Under the pieces are notes generated by a model that searched no databases, was not told the origin of the DNA, and saw nothing but the letters and a program-made list of their open reading frames with translations. A program made the translations under genes and the position numbers. Shown here one piece after another: positions 12,439-25,565 of a DNA stretch of 64,000 nt. The stretch comes from Pseudovirgaria hyperparasitica (Eukaryota): NCBI GenBank assembly GCA_010093815.1, contig ML996585.1. The stretch is one strand, 5' to 3'. Each line of letters opens with the position of its first letter. Positions within the stretch are counted from its first letter, which is position 1.

Positions 12439-13187
12439 CGCAGATGTATAATGTGGCTGTTCGCTTTTGAATATCGAAAATGTACTCGCGCCTATTGATC
12501 ACGTCCTCAGCGTGGTCAGCTAGGCGACGGGATAGAGCATAACATTTATGGTCACGAAACACGTACATCGTGTTGGCACTTTTTTTGTACGCCAATCTCG
12601 CCCAACGTGGACAAATGGCTCAAATATATCGTTTGATAGCCGCCTCTATTTTATATAGAGTTCTTCACGATTGGGTTAGAGAAGCCACCTTCCACGGTCC
12701 TAGGTGCCTGTCCACAGGTCAGGTGAATCGGCGGTTCAATGTCACTCATTCCCATTATATAGTGGAAAGGTAAGCCGCCATCTTCAAATTCAACATTCCT
12801 GTGCTGATGCTGCTTTCAGCTTGTAATCTATGATGAGCAGCTATTGCCAATAGTTTTACCCCTATAACTTCATCACTTAAGGCACATAACAGTGCTTCGG
12901 TCATTCCTCGACGATCTCTTCGATGCCCGACGTCGGGCTACATGCCAAGCAACAGCGCAACGCGGTCCACCCAAGGGAGAAGGAAGCAAGTAGGTAGAAG
13001 TGAAACACCTGGCATACATAGGATGCATAGGACTATTCAATAGTACCAATCACGTAACCCTGAAAGCACAGTCCCGGATCTGCCATGAGCAACCTGTTTA
13101 TTCATATTTTACCTAGGTAATTACCATGTATCTTAGGCGCCACGCTATGCCTTTAACCGGGGGGGAATCTTCACCACCGCCACTACC

Positions 13188-16100
13188 TCACAACTTAATC
13201 AGTCTTTCTTCATTGAAATCTGGCGGCCGCATTAGCGTCTGCTGATTCACCTTCCCATTTCTCTTCAACCCAGCTCCCTCATTACTAATCCAAATATATT
13301 GGCTCAACTCCTCACTTGATGCAACAAGCTTGATCTCAAATTCACTAATACCAGCCTTGTCTTTCGGTATCCATACTGCAGGCCGCGTCGCTCGCAGCGC
13401 GCGATGTCGGAACGCCTTATTGACCAAAATATCGCGCTCTTCGCTAGTAAGGTCTTCTAATTCATCGTTCATGCCGTGATAATAGCGCTCTTCGACAGGT
13501 TTTTGCGCCTCGACGTCAGCTTCCTCCTCTGCAAGAGCATCAGTTCCACGGCGATGATGTGCTACGCGACGGGCGATCTTCGCGGTGGACATGACGGCGC
13601 CATCGACAGCAGAGCCGAGTGATTCACCGATAGCTTTGTCCACACGTGAGAAGGCCCCGTCGGGCTCGTTTGCATCTTCTCTGGCCAAGGTCTTATCTGT
13701 ATGTGCTGTGTGATACACGTTAGATGACGACCTTTGGCTAGATCTTGAGGTCCATGATGGCTTGCGCTCGCGACCAGTGCCGATCACCTTAGGTGAGAGG
13801 TTCAGGTCTGACGATGAGAGTTTGGGTGACCCGGGCAGTTGGTGCCCCTGTTTAAGAGCTTCAATACGTTTGCTTTCTGCCTCCTCGAGAGCCTTGTTTT
13901 CCGCCTCCTCCCTGCGCTCGCGATGTTCAAGCACCCATTGAAGGTTTTCGCCCTCCAATTTTCTACGTTCGTCAGGTGAAAGCTCTTCGCCGTCGTGTCG
14001 GCGAGCTTGTAAAGCAGCAAATTCCTCATCCCGTTCCACAGCGTCATCTTCCATCGTGATAGGGATGTATCTGTACAGAGGGCTGAAGTGTTTGTTGAGA
14101 GCTAATTGATAAAGGAGAAGTAGGACCGCAAGAATGACGACAATGATAGCTTGTGGAATGCAGACCTGATTTCCTTGGGCGTCTTGTGCAAGCAGGAAAA
14201 GACCGAACCAGCAGAGATGCATAGTGTATAGACCTGTAAATAGCTGAATCACAGCTCGAGGGAATAGCAGACCGCCGGTATCGTTGATGTATCTGTTCAC
14301 ATATAGTGCATTATACCGGTGAACGACCCAGAACAAAGCATAGGTGATAGTGATGAACACGAGGATGAGTGGGGCGATGACAGAATAAACGATGCCTTGA
14401 ATACTAGTTAGCAAGCGCTTCTAATTCGGTGTTGCATATTCAGGGAGTATCCTCACCAATTACGGCAAAATTGGTATACACAGGGAAGAATGTTCCCCAT
14501 TGGATGCTTGGTAGCTTTGTCGACCTATTGAATAAAGACCGTGGCGAAGAATCAAACCATCGGCTCCACAAATACATCATAAAAATGTTGAAGCCCTGTA
14601 GGATGGCGCCAGCACTCACTGAAAGCGCTTGTAGGACAATGTAGGAGAAGAAGTAATTAGCTGCCAGTGGGAGCTGCTGGGCGAGGATGTTGGGAATGCT
14701 CGTCACTGTTGTGTCGCCTGAGAACAGATCGAGGATCGTAGAGATACCTGTGGCAAAAGTGGCGACCAGGAAAACTTGAACGAAGAGGAAAACGAAATAA
14801 TAGAGTTGGACTCTTAGTTCGAGTTCGTTTCCAGTCCTCATACCTTGTATGGCAGTGAGTAGCCGAAGGATGAGAGGTAGCAGGACAAGTAAGAGACCCA
14901 GTAAGGCAGGGGGAAGGATACCCTGTATCAGCGATTTGGCCGCTTTTGGCCATGAGTTGACGAAGTCGAGCCAGGAATATGTATCTGCAACGTCGTCAAG
15001 GTTGGAAAGAGCACCAGTGAACGCCACTGGAAACGCCCACAGGATCACGAGACCAACAACAGCTGCTTGAACAAGGACTGTCTTGATCCATGAGAACCAC
15101 CATGGCGTTGAAAGACTGTCCCATCGTACGTCATCAGGGGAGATCTCAACTGTCCTGGGAGTCATCTGAAGCGGTACGTGATGGTTCAGCGATTGACAAG
15201 CCATATGTGCGGCGACTTGATGATTAAATTGAATGAACGCAGAGTTCATCAATGGAAACCGCTCGGGATCACTCTGGAACCTCTCAATGTGTTTGTTATA
15301 CACAGCGAGGGCAACAGTGAGATAGTCAATAGAGTCCACTTTGGTGCCAACTTTTGGTATCCAGTTTAACAACGGCGAAGGGTGCACGTGTGTGGTTGGG
15401 CGGTCGCTCTCCTTGACGTACTTGGTGCATGGGGGATTTAATTCTGCAGTGTATCGACGCCGGCGCTCGGTTTCTGCCTTGCTTAGCTCTATAAGTTCCT
15501 TTTTGGTGGGCATTTCTTCTTCCAAAGAATTGACGAAGAAACCAACGACAGTTCCCAAGAAGCCGCTTTTCTTTTGAGTGGGCTTGGCGTCAGGAATTTT
15601 CGTCTTGGTATCTATCGTTGATTCTCCAGACGTTCTAAGTTTGAGATCATGCAGCGGATACTCGTCTCCTTCGCGTACTTGGGATTGCACACCCTGGTGT
15701 TGCGACTTGAAGCTTTTGTTTCCAAAAAGCCCTCTTTTGGGGTATGATTCTTCTTCTGCTGGCTGCTCTTGCGCTGCAGGTATTGGGGCGAAATCGTTCG
15801 AACCTGATGATTCTCTAGCCGCACCACTGGTTGACCCCTGTTCTACATTGGGCAGATCTTTTTCGATGGGAGCTTCAGTCGCATCCTCGTTCAGTCCGTT
15901 CCCCTTTCCACGAGTAAATGTATCAGTAACTCCCTCACGGACATAGTGGCCAAATCGATTAACGCCATGACCCACCGCTCCGACTCCGCGACCCAGCCCC
16001 TGGCCGACAGCACCAAAGCCTCCCGCCACGTCTGAGAGCAGGTCATTCTTCTTCTTTGCTTCTAATGTCTTTCCTACATTCTCGAATGATCCGGAGCCCT

Positions 16101-17336
16101 CGCGTCCGAGCGCTTCGTCGAGAGTCTTCGCAATCTGATGAGGGTTGCCCGTACTCATCCCAGGTTCTTCATGCACATCCATGTCCGCCGGGGAAACTCC
16201 GGACGTCTTGCTCGATTGTCTGTAGAATTCTACGTGGCCAGCTTCAATCAAGTTCGCATGAGCATTCTCAAGATCAGAGGCTATGCTCTCTCTGGCACTA
16301 ACCAGCGAATCAAGTTCCCCATAGTCTCTATTGATCCATATATTGCGAACACCACCGGGAAAGACGTCGTAAAGTCCATCAAGGGCTTCTCGTGTCAGCC
16401 ATCTCCTTCCGATATTGGTGACTAGAACTGTCGTGGCTGATGCTCGCAGCCTATGTTGTGGAGAAGTCAGGTAGGCTTGACGTATACGGATATAGCCCCG
16501 TAGTTCCCCGAACATGATGTAACAAATGTAAATGTCCAGACAGAGGATGGCAACCAGATGCACCCATTTTCTGCTTTGATCATTTGCGCCAATATTTGAA
16601 ACGGAGAACTTGTTCACGCCGCTGTGAGGTTTATCTTTCAGATTGACGCTGTTGATCGGAAGAAGGATAGGTAGTAATACGCAAGCTGCGGGAACGAATA
16701 TCTTGAGAAGCATGCGGAGGTAGCGAAGAAAGAAATAGGCGTCCAGGCCGCATTTCTCTATAAATTCCATATTAGAGGTCTTGAATATTGATACGACCCA
16801 GCCGAATATGCCGGGACGTGCATCGGGAATCCTCTCTTTTTCAGGTACGAGATATGTTTTGGGCGAACTGCTTCGTGTCAGATCATGTCCATTTAGCGTA
16901 TCAAATATTTCAGAGTGACGTACTATATTCTCTTCAATCGTAACCGGAAGAAGTTAAACAGTAGGAACTGTACACCGAATGCAGCTGCTCCCGTACCTAT
17001 CGAGGCCAGTAGAGTCCCAAATGATATGTTCTCGTCGCCCAATGCAGTTCTTGAGTTACTAGCATTGTCCATCGCAGCGGAGGTAGGCTGGCACGAATGC
17101 AAGCCGGATTGTGTGGAGCAAGGTATGGTTATGCGAAGCCAGTGACGGATCAAAGCCGTAAATGCATGCAAAAACTCGACGATGCTATTGTAGTGCTGTT
17201 TCATGAATAGTGAGTATATTGAATGCTTGATTTGCACACTAGCAGCTTTCCATTACTTACAACGCGCACTTGGCGAACCAGCAGGTAGCGATGATGTAGC
17301 GAGAGAAGGAGACGCCGGAGCCAATCCAAATTCCAT
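13188..17336 (-). CDS. OSCA/TMEM63 (CSC1/RSN1, DUF221) calcium-permeable channel, multi-exon
   Basis: Motifs CGLDAYFFLRYLRM, SAFIQFNHQVAAHMACQS, QWGTFFPVYTNFAVIG, DTGGLLFPRA. Introns near 14398-14455 and 16868-16923. The start at 17336 (MEFGLAP exon) is tentative. Confidence 0.9.
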
Positions 17337-19588
17337 CGAAACTTCTTTAGGCTAGGTAAATGATTCGGGAGAGGACTGGGGGAAGTGTGCTTGTGGCAAA
17401 GGATCGGGATCAGGTTTATTATGTAGGGCCGACAGAAAGCAAAGAGAGTTTAGGGTAAAAGACCGAAGAAGAGGATAAAAGGAGTTTGAGGTAATAAAGG
17501 ACTGAACCAAGATCGAAACAAAGAGACACCCAGAAGCAAAAGCCGCCCAGCATTACGCGCGCGACCACGCGCTGTCTAGTTACGTCATTTGAATTTGGGC
17601 AATTACCTAGGTACCTTCCAGGTTAAGTACCTGGGTACTAGATCGTGTGCAAATCGTGCTTAGGTAAGTGTGAAACAGGACTACCACAGTGACAATGAGA
17701 AGGACGTTTCACCAGCATAGGCTTTCTGCAACTTCTGTCTTCAAGGGAACGGTTTCAACGTAAAAGGCCCGATCGTGCTATATTTTTGGTGAGCAGTAGA
17801 TCAATAACTGCACGGATTTTCCCGATCGTGTCGAGCGAGCCTTGCCAGGCTTAGTGCAAGGAGTTGCCTTGCATCCGGATGCGCATCGAGCAGAGACTTT
17901 TGATGGTATTACAACTACGTCTAATCAAGACTCGGGGCCAACGACAACTCATGTATAACTTATTGAATCTTGTACGCCTAAACCTGTCGTTGGAAAGTTG
18001 CTAGCAGCACTGAAGGGCTTAATCGACGGGCGCCTCGAAGAACCTGGCTGATATCTCAGTCCTTGCCTGACACCCGTACGAGTGAGTCATGGCTCGTCTC
18101 TGAACTCGGGAGTAATTAGCATACGGATAGGCTCTACTGTTTGGGATATATATCAAATGGTCTTCCGTTTGAGCTACATCTTTCCACAATCATAGCTTGT
18201 AATGACAGCTAGGCCTTCCGTCAACCTTTGGCAGCAACGCCACGTAGCACGTATCAATGTTTAATTCGCGCTGGTTACGGGTCCTATACACTGCCAGATG
18301 AATAATACGGTTTCAGATACAGAGACGACTATTTGATCAGGCTCGCACAGAAGGATCACGCAATTGACTGGCGAAATACACAATTGCAGACCTCATAACA
18401 ACAACGTATGAGAGCCCTTGGACACGTATGATACATTCCAGATACGACATCGCCTTGGGTAGTTAGCATAAGCAACCAGTCGCATTGGGGAAATATTCCA
18501 TGTGGTATACAGAGTGGGCATCGGACTTATGCTGTGTGCACTAGCATGTAATATGTGCATTGAATGATTTGTCTATTTGATGCTCGGGACAAATGGCGTA
18601 ATATGGTGTTGCAGGTTGCCAAAGGCAAACGACATACATCATCATCCTGCTGGTTGATGTAAACCATATATGCTACCTACACAGAAACGTCCGTGTGCTC
18701 GAACAAACTATTACTAAATTTAACGTTGTGTGAATTCGATGACTGAGTGCTGGTGAGGGGTTGGTGTTTCTATTACCCCCATGATTCCCAACAGAGATTT
18801 TGTTTGGTAATGAGTTCGTCACGCGCAGCTACGCTCTGGCTTCTGAGTAATGCAATGGCGCGTCTATACTGGCGACTGGCTGGCGAGAAGCTTCGTCTTT
18901 CTCCGCGGCGAGCCCAAAGACAAGAAGATCAAGGGACGCATCAAGCTTGCGTTTTCGACGTTGACCATGGATAGATGTAATGAATTGAGTTGAAATTATT
19001 GAACAGGCGAGCGAGCAGGTAGGGGAGGATCTGCAATTGAATGATGGATCTCTAGCGTCCAGGATGTGATCACACGCCATTCGAGGGGCATCAAGTTTAG
19101 CGGAGTGCCCAGTCAGGGCCAACCTCAAGCACGTGCACCTACAGATTCTAGCCTTTCCGTCTTCTGACTCCAGGTCAAGTACTCCAAGACTCTATATCAC
19201 AAGGGTTGAAAACTCTTCGACACTGGAACCCGTACTTGGCAAAGCCGACAGTATCCTTAAGGTTATGGCATATCTTGGGCCCGGGCAGTTGGCCCTATTC
19301 CCCCAGGTTTCGCTACGAGCCGCCCGCCACCGTCCGTCGTGTTGTATTTACCACTGTAGCTATAAGGAAGGGTGTATGCCCTCGAGTTTTCTTTCCAAGC
19401 TTCTGCCGCAAAGTAAACAAACATTCACTAAGTATTGACCGCGGAGATACTCCATCCTCCATAGCCCCTCAATTACCTAAGTACTGTTTCACAACCTCAC
19501 TCCTGCTACTTCGATCTTCTTCAATCATTCGGACAATTGTCAATCACGTTTTATCATCTTCCCCCAGGTATTGCTGTCTGAACCTTCA

Positions 19589-21120
19589 ATGAACATCAAC
19601 GTCTTTCCTCACGAAATCCTGTCCTCTATCCTAGTCCAAGCCGCCGAAGCAAATGCTCGGGAAGGCGTCAACTTCAGCTTTGGCCTCAGCCAAGCTCCGC
19701 TCCCGGGCCAGAAGGCTAAACTTCAACGATACGTGAAAGCTCCGCTGCGCCCAGACGTCATAAGATGGAATGCGACAGATTCTCTCCGACATGTGTGTCG
19801 TCTTTGGCACAGCTGGTCTCTCAAATATGCTCTGGACACGCTGTGGATCAAGAAGTGGAGGGGCGGCGAGCGGTGGGCTGATTTGCCCCTACGACACAGT
19901 ACGTTGTCAGCATGTAGTGCGAAACCGAGCATGAGAAGCTGATGATCCTGGCAGCTCAGTATCGTCTTTATGAGATGATTGACACACATCATCCCAACGC
20001 TTACGTAGCGAAGCAACCTTACGATCACCTTACCAAGGTTGGTGAGCTTCTTGCACGGTATCCTGCTATTGCCTCGAATATCCGACGCATGTGGTTCCAT
20101 GGCTTCTTCGGTGCTGGTACAGACCAGTCCATCTTCCATGTACTTCGTTGCTGCCCGAATGTCACTACAGTCACATTGCCTTGGACCGCTCTTCGTCACC
20201 TCGGCTGGCAGGAGTGGTCTTGGCTACTTGGAGACCGAGAAGGCAATCCCATTCGGTCTCTAGAGCTCCTTTCAGAGGATCTTACTCGAGTACAGATGAC
20301 AGATCCTCAAAACACCATCGATTTGAAACCTCTTGATTCTACCGCAGTCAACCTAGGCCGACTCCGAAAGCTGAAGATCACTGGTGAAACTAGTTTTATG
20401 CCAGTCAAGGACAACGATCTCTTTGCTATTGCTCGCTCTGCTACGAAGCTGGAGGAATTCTATCTATCAAACATGTCAAGTGTTACGATTGATGGTGTCA
20501 TGGCTATAGTAAAGGCGTCCCAATCCACTCTACGGGTGCTGGAGCATGCGCCTCGCTCCAACGATGGTTTCTGGCATCCCCATCCAGGCTCATGGTCCGA
20601 AAACGAACACATCTGCGAGCTTCTTACCAGCTGTCCGAAATTGCAAACAGTATCGCTCTCTGTGCCAACCATATGTGCAAAGCTCTTTGCCAACGAGAAC
20701 GTCAAGTGGGAAGGAGATTTCCAGGTTCGATCGCTGCACATATGCGGACACACAGACAGTCATACTCATGCCGCAAAGGCGGACTTTCGTAATCTTCTTG
20801 TCGAGGCTCGCGCACTCGCAAAGTCTAAGGCTAGATCGACGATTCCAAAGGAGCTCTTCATTGAGATTTTCTTCGCCGATTTCATCTTCGAGCCCCATCT
20901 CAGTATCGTACATGGCGACTTCCAGCTTGCGGAGCTGTCCTCTGGCAGCACATGGCCTGCGGACTATGCACGCGCTCCTTCTCGTAAAGGGCCATATGGA
21001 TCGTCTGGACTATGGGAGAAAAAAGAAGAGGAAGGCATATTTGAACAGCTCGATGAAGCAGAGTTCGTCGTCGGCCTTCAACATCGCTACCTCACACTTG
21101 ATCACCACAACCTCAACTGA
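19589..21120 (+). CDS. F-box-like / leucine-rich-repeat protein
   Basis: N-terminal MNINVFPHEILSSIL...LRHVCRLW F-box-like motif, RNI-like repeats. Intron 19899-19958 joins ORFs 19571 and 19942. Confidence 0.75.
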
Positions 21121-21975
21121 TCAATGATCTCAGCAAATGCCAGGGTCCAATCTTACAAGCCCTCGAACCACACACGATTTCCTTTGTCGCCATGTCTCGC
21201 CATAGCACTTCCAGGCGCATTATTACCATGATTCACGAAGAACCATATACCCATTTGATGCACCTTTGATACGACTAAATGGGCGACCCGTCTTGATTCT
21301 GTTGCATGGCGCCGGGGATTATGCTTTTGTTACGCATGGGTAAAGGATCAATCTCAACTCACTCACGGCCGAAGTCTTAGGTCTTCCCCTTTCATGCATA
21401 GATATCCGTATGTGCTGTGACTCGTAGGTCAGGTAGTATCGCCCAACCGAGCAATCCACGGATGTCCGTACAAAATTTAGGAAGACGACTTAAATACTGT
21501 TCGTTTTGTAATAATCATATCGTGATTGTATAATTGAACCGTCTTCTTATTCTGCAATTCGCTTTGATCTTGAAAGCCCTTCCTTTGATCATCGCGGTAC
21601 GGCCTGCATCTCTGCAATATGTGCATCACATCGCCAGACATCACAATGCCCACAAGCAATATAAAGACCACAATTTCATGTGGTTATCCATTCATTCATG
21701 ACTCATTCTTGGAACCTGAGACGTCCCATACAACGCCGTGCTTCTTCAAATCATACCGGCATGGGTAGTCTCCGCTCTTTACAGCCTATACACCATCACT
21801 TCCAAGCAAGATGTTATGGCCTTTGCCAACCCTCAACCCTGCCCGCCATTCCGAGTGTAAAGCCTGTCATGCATGTTGATCCTCGGGTATCGTCCCATCC
21901 AGCACTCAAATCTGTGCTCGCAATACAACGCTCCATATGCTCAGATGCCACCCTTTCGTCAGGATTCTGTCCATC

Positions 21976-22365
21976 TCACTGCTTGGCCTTGGCCGTGACC
22001 TGTTGTGCTTCTGTTCTGTAATCAGCCTTATTCCACTTCTCTCTTTCTCTAGACGCCATGAATTGCCCCCTCCAATCGCCTGACCGCGCGACGCACTCAC
22101 CTCGTCTACTCGCGTCCTCCAACAGCGCTGTGTCAACGCTCCCGGCCGGCAGATGCACGTAGCGTACCACGCTCCCGCGGATGAACACATTCTTGACAGA
22201 GCTCAGGTGTGGGTAGTGTAGGTCGTCGACCACGCTGATGTCGTCGAGTTTGATATTCAGATACTGGTCGACGGATTTGAGGGTGCCGCGAATAGAGATG
22301 TCGTTTTTGAGCTCGACCGTGACCGAGTGGTCAACAAGGGTTTTGAAGAAGGAGAAGAAGAGCAT
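21976..22365 (-). CDS. LSM2: U6 snRNA-associated Sm-like protein LSm2
   Basis: MLFFSFFKTL...VELKND..IRGTLKSVDQYLNIKL...FIRGSVVRY...DASRR|EAQQ. One intron ~22010-22100. Confidence 0.95.
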   Translation of the reverse strand: MLFFSFFKTLVDHSVTVELKNDISIRGTLKSVDQYLNIKLDDISVVDDLHYPHLSSVKNVFIRGSVVRYVHLPAGSVDTALLEDASRRGECVARSGDWRGQFMASREREKWNKADYRTEAQQVTAKAKQ

Positions 22366-22904
22366 TGTGTGGGTCGGGCGGAGGTTCGGGGATGAAAGTT
22401 AAGCTTCACAGGAAGATCAGAGAATATTGTGTAAGTATCTAAACTTGGTACGTAGGTAGGTAGACTAGGTGAATCGCGAAGTCTTGGCGCTCAGCAAGAT
22501 GGATCATGCGCTGGACAGGATGTATTGTACACATCTTCGTACAGCTTTGGACAGCGCCAGCTCACCGTACGTATTTACAGGGCTGCTTGTCGCTGTACAT
22601 GTTACGATAGCAGAGAGTCGTCGTATATCAAGTTCCATCATATTTTCTGTATACGACAACGCCGTGACTATATACACAGAGGCATAAGACGCGTAGGAGA
22701 AAGATTACAGTATCTGCTAAGGAGATATAGGGTATTGGAGAAACATAGAGCAATCTAAGATCACTAATTTCGCTTCGGCGTGTTCCACACTCGTCTCCTT
22801 CGTCACGCCAACCCAGCTCCAATTCACGGTCCCGCTGCTTGAAAGAGTGTATCGAAGAGAAACAGGTCCAGCCAGTGTTATTACAAACGCATAACAAGCT
22901 GAAG

Positions 22905-25565
22905 TCAAATCGGCTTCCGTGCCCATCCACTCAAAAGTCTCCATCCAGCCCCATGCTTGGGCCCTTCCTCCATCACTGCCGCCACGCCCTCTAGTTGCTT
23001 CTCCTCCGCTTTCCCCATCTCTGTTTGCATCTTGATCAGCCAGCGTTCCCACATCCACGAGCCGACAAGACCCGTTATAGCGGCGACGTCTGCCGTACAC
23101 CCCATCAGATCTGCCTCCACGACGACCCCGTCGGTTGTGATCGTTCTGTCGAGACTTGGACCCGCGTTGACTTTCTCGGTCCAGTTAGCCGCAGGTATTC
23201 CCATGGGTAGGAACGTCCATGAGCGCTTGATATCCTTGAATCCAGCAAGATTCAAGCGTGGGACAAATGTCCTTGTTGGCAGGGGGTCGTAGCCGCGTGT
23301 TTTAAGATTGTACCCAAATTCGACAGACATAGCCAAGGCTAGCGGACCACCGTGCATGATGTCGGAGTCCAGCGCTGTGAACTCTAGGTATCCTCCAGGC
23401 CGCAGGCATCGCATACATTCCTTCAAACACAGATCCAGCTCATCGGTCTTCTTGCCCGTGGGCTTATCGGTCTTGAGCAATGCGTACAAGCTGCGGGCCG
23501 AGATGACATCAAAATGATTTGATGGGAACGGAAAGGTCCAGTAGTTAGGAACAACAGTGTGTTTGTGGTTTTCGGGCCCTTCCACGTCCATCTGAGCTTC
23601 TGTTGTCGCAGTGTAAACAGTGGCATGTGGGTGATCAAAGCATACTTGCCATGCCCAGTCGCAGACTGTCTTTCCGCCAACATCGAGGATGCGAGGCGAT
23701 GTTGCGCGCGAAAGAGCTCTTGATGCAACCGGGGTGATCAATTTACCACCGTTCAAGAACTTTATTGCCTCGAGTACCCAGACTGCCGGGCGCACTTGAT
23801 CCAGAGCTTGTTTCTCCTTTTGAGCTCGAGCGATTCGTTCCTTGAGAACAGTTGAATCGTCGCTGTAAAAAGATGACACCGGTCGTGGAGGCACGGGGCG
23901 GGCGACGGTACTAATCTCGTAAAGACCCAGCAGTTGTTTACGATGAACATGTGCCATGTGTCGTCGCATAGTATGAAGAGCATCAGCTCTGATTTGGCGT
24001 TGAATGTACACATCTCTCTTCTGGGTCGAGTCCCATAAATGAGCGAAAGCCTCGACAAATACCGTCTCCTTGGTCTCCTTCTCCTCTGTTGATGATGCGG
24101 AAATTGGCAAGGCTTCATCAATAAATCGCACAGATTTCTTGGACGGCGAGCAAACCGAGTGCTCTGCGGAATTAGATCGATTGCGTGACCTATCGCTGCG
24201 GCCTTCAATGGGACTAGGAGCCGGATCGGGTTGGATAAGCGCAGCCAAGTAGGAGACCTGCGCGTTGAGCCATGTTCCAGTGCGATCGATGTTAGCTCCT
24301 GCCTTGATTTGCAGACCCTCGGGATAGTTTGGGTCGTATTCTGTGCGTACGCTGTCATTACGCTGGATCTCCATCACTTCAAGCGGCTCGTCAGCTTGTT
24401 CCGAAGACATGGCTATGGCTTTGGCTGTCAGCGGGCCAGACCCATTTGACGACGGGACCCCGAGAACACGCGAAACAATATCGTCCGCAGATGTTCTCCA
24501 AGGTACACCGTAGAATTCCTCGGCAACAGTCGTTGACGGCACAGCATCCTCGGTTGGGGCAGTGCTCCAGGTGTGCCGCGTGTTTGAATCCAGTGAAGAG
24601 AAAAACCCTCCCGGTGACGGTATGGACAAGGCAGAGAGCGGGTCCTCACCAGTGTTGTTAACAGGCGTGGGGAACAGCCCACTAACATTCCTTACGTGAT
24701 CAACTTGTTCCATCTCCGCACTCGGCATCTCTTCCCATTCTGAATCTTCCACGGGTTCAAGATGATCTCCGGGGCCTGAAAGGGAATGGAGGGTCTGCAA
24801 GGCCTGTGGGTGCAGCTGAGTGGGTGGAAGCCAGTCCGCCTCGCTAGTATTATGCTTATGCAAGTCTGGAGTAGAAGGGCAACTCAGCTTATCAAGCTCT
24901 TCAGAGGTGAAGCTTCCGTCCAGGGAAGGTGTCGCGCTGCCATTTGGTACTTGAACAGCTCGCGCCGCTATCATCTGCATAAGTCCGGCGGCAGGTGATT
25001 TTAGTGGTGTCGGAAGGGCAGGAGATATTGGCGCACAGGTGCTCTTTAATTTCTGGATGGTCGGCCAGTTTGACGGTGAGGGTATCGTAATTGATGGATA
25101 TCGACTTCGACTACTTCTCGCCGAGCTACTTGGCGGGTCACGATTGACAATCTTCTTCAAGGAAGCCGAAATCTTAAGCGGTACTTCCTCAGCTTCATCG
25201 TCGCTAACATCATATAGTGAATCGAAGGACGGTCTCCGATGTCGGTTCCGAGGCTGTTGTCGCTGTTCTTCCCACGGATCCGACAATGATGACGGTGTCG
25301 ACACCTCGGAAATAGGTGATGGCTCATTCTGTTCCTGGGTTGGCCGAGGGCTGTGCTGTGTCTGTATAGCCTTCGGAGTGGTGATATCGTCCGTCATGGG
25401 CGGCGACATCATACCAGGTCTTGGGAACTGTGCGATAAGTCGAGGAGTGTCTTGAGATTCGTCGTCAATGACGGTGTTTAATGTACTTCGATGGCAGTCA
25501 TTGGGGTATGTGCGAGGTACATGGCTAAGCTGATAAGCAGTCTGAGGGAGTATATAGAAGCTCAT
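22905..25565 (-). CDS. large protein with S/P-rich N-terminus and C-terminal SAM-dependent methyltransferase-like domain
   Basis: 886-aa ORF; RILDVGG...FPFPSNHFDVISAR...ECMRCLRPGGYLEF class I methyltransferase motifs. Confidence 0.8.
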   Translation of the reverse strand: MSFYILPQTAYQLSHVPRTYPNDCHRSTLNTVIDDESQDTPRLIAQFPRPGMMSPPMTDDITTPKAIQTQHSPRPTQEQNEPSPISEVSTPSSLSDPWEEQRQQPRNRHRRPSFDSLYDVSDDEAEEVPLKISASLKKIVNRDPPSSSARSSRSRYPSITIPSPSNWPTIQKLKSTCAPISPALPTPLKSPAAGLMQMIAARAVQVPNGSATPSLDGSFTSEELDKLSCPSTPDLHKHNTSEADWLPPTQLHPQALQTLHSLSGPGDHLEPVEDSEWEEMPSAEMEQVDHVRNVSGLFPTPVNNTGEDPLSALSIPSPGGFFSSLDSNTRHTWSTAPTEDAVPSTTVAEEFYGVPWRTSADDIVSRVLGVPSSNGSGPLTAKAIAMSSEQADEPLEVMEIQRNDSVRTEYDPNYPEGLQIKAGANIDRTGTWLNAQVSYLAALIQPDPAPSPIEGRSDRSRNRSNSAEHSVCSPSKKSVRFIDEALPISASSTEEKETKETVFVEAFAHLWDSTQKRDVYIQRQIRADALHTMRRHMAHVHRKQLLGLYEISTVARPVPPRPVSSFYSDDSTVLKERIARAQKEKQALDQVRPAVWVLEAIKFLNGGKLITPVASRALSRATSPRILDVGGKTVCDWAWQVCFDHPHATVYTATTEAQMDVEGPENHKHTVVPNYWTFPFPSNHFDVISARSLYALLKTDKPTGKKTDELDLCLKECMRCLRPGGYLEFTALDSDIMHGGPLALAMSVEFGYNLKTRGYDPLPTRTFVPRLNLAGFKDIKRSWTFLPMGIPAANWTEKVNAGPSLDRTITTDGVVVEADLMGCTADVAAITGLVGSWMWERWLIKMQTEMGKAEEKQLEGVAAVMEEGPKHGAGWRLLSGWARKPI

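Noticed and set aside
17340..19580. Genes in the long spacer between the OSCA and F-box-like genes
   Set aside because: Only short ORFs without motifs or a convincing splice structure; treated as promoter/UTR.
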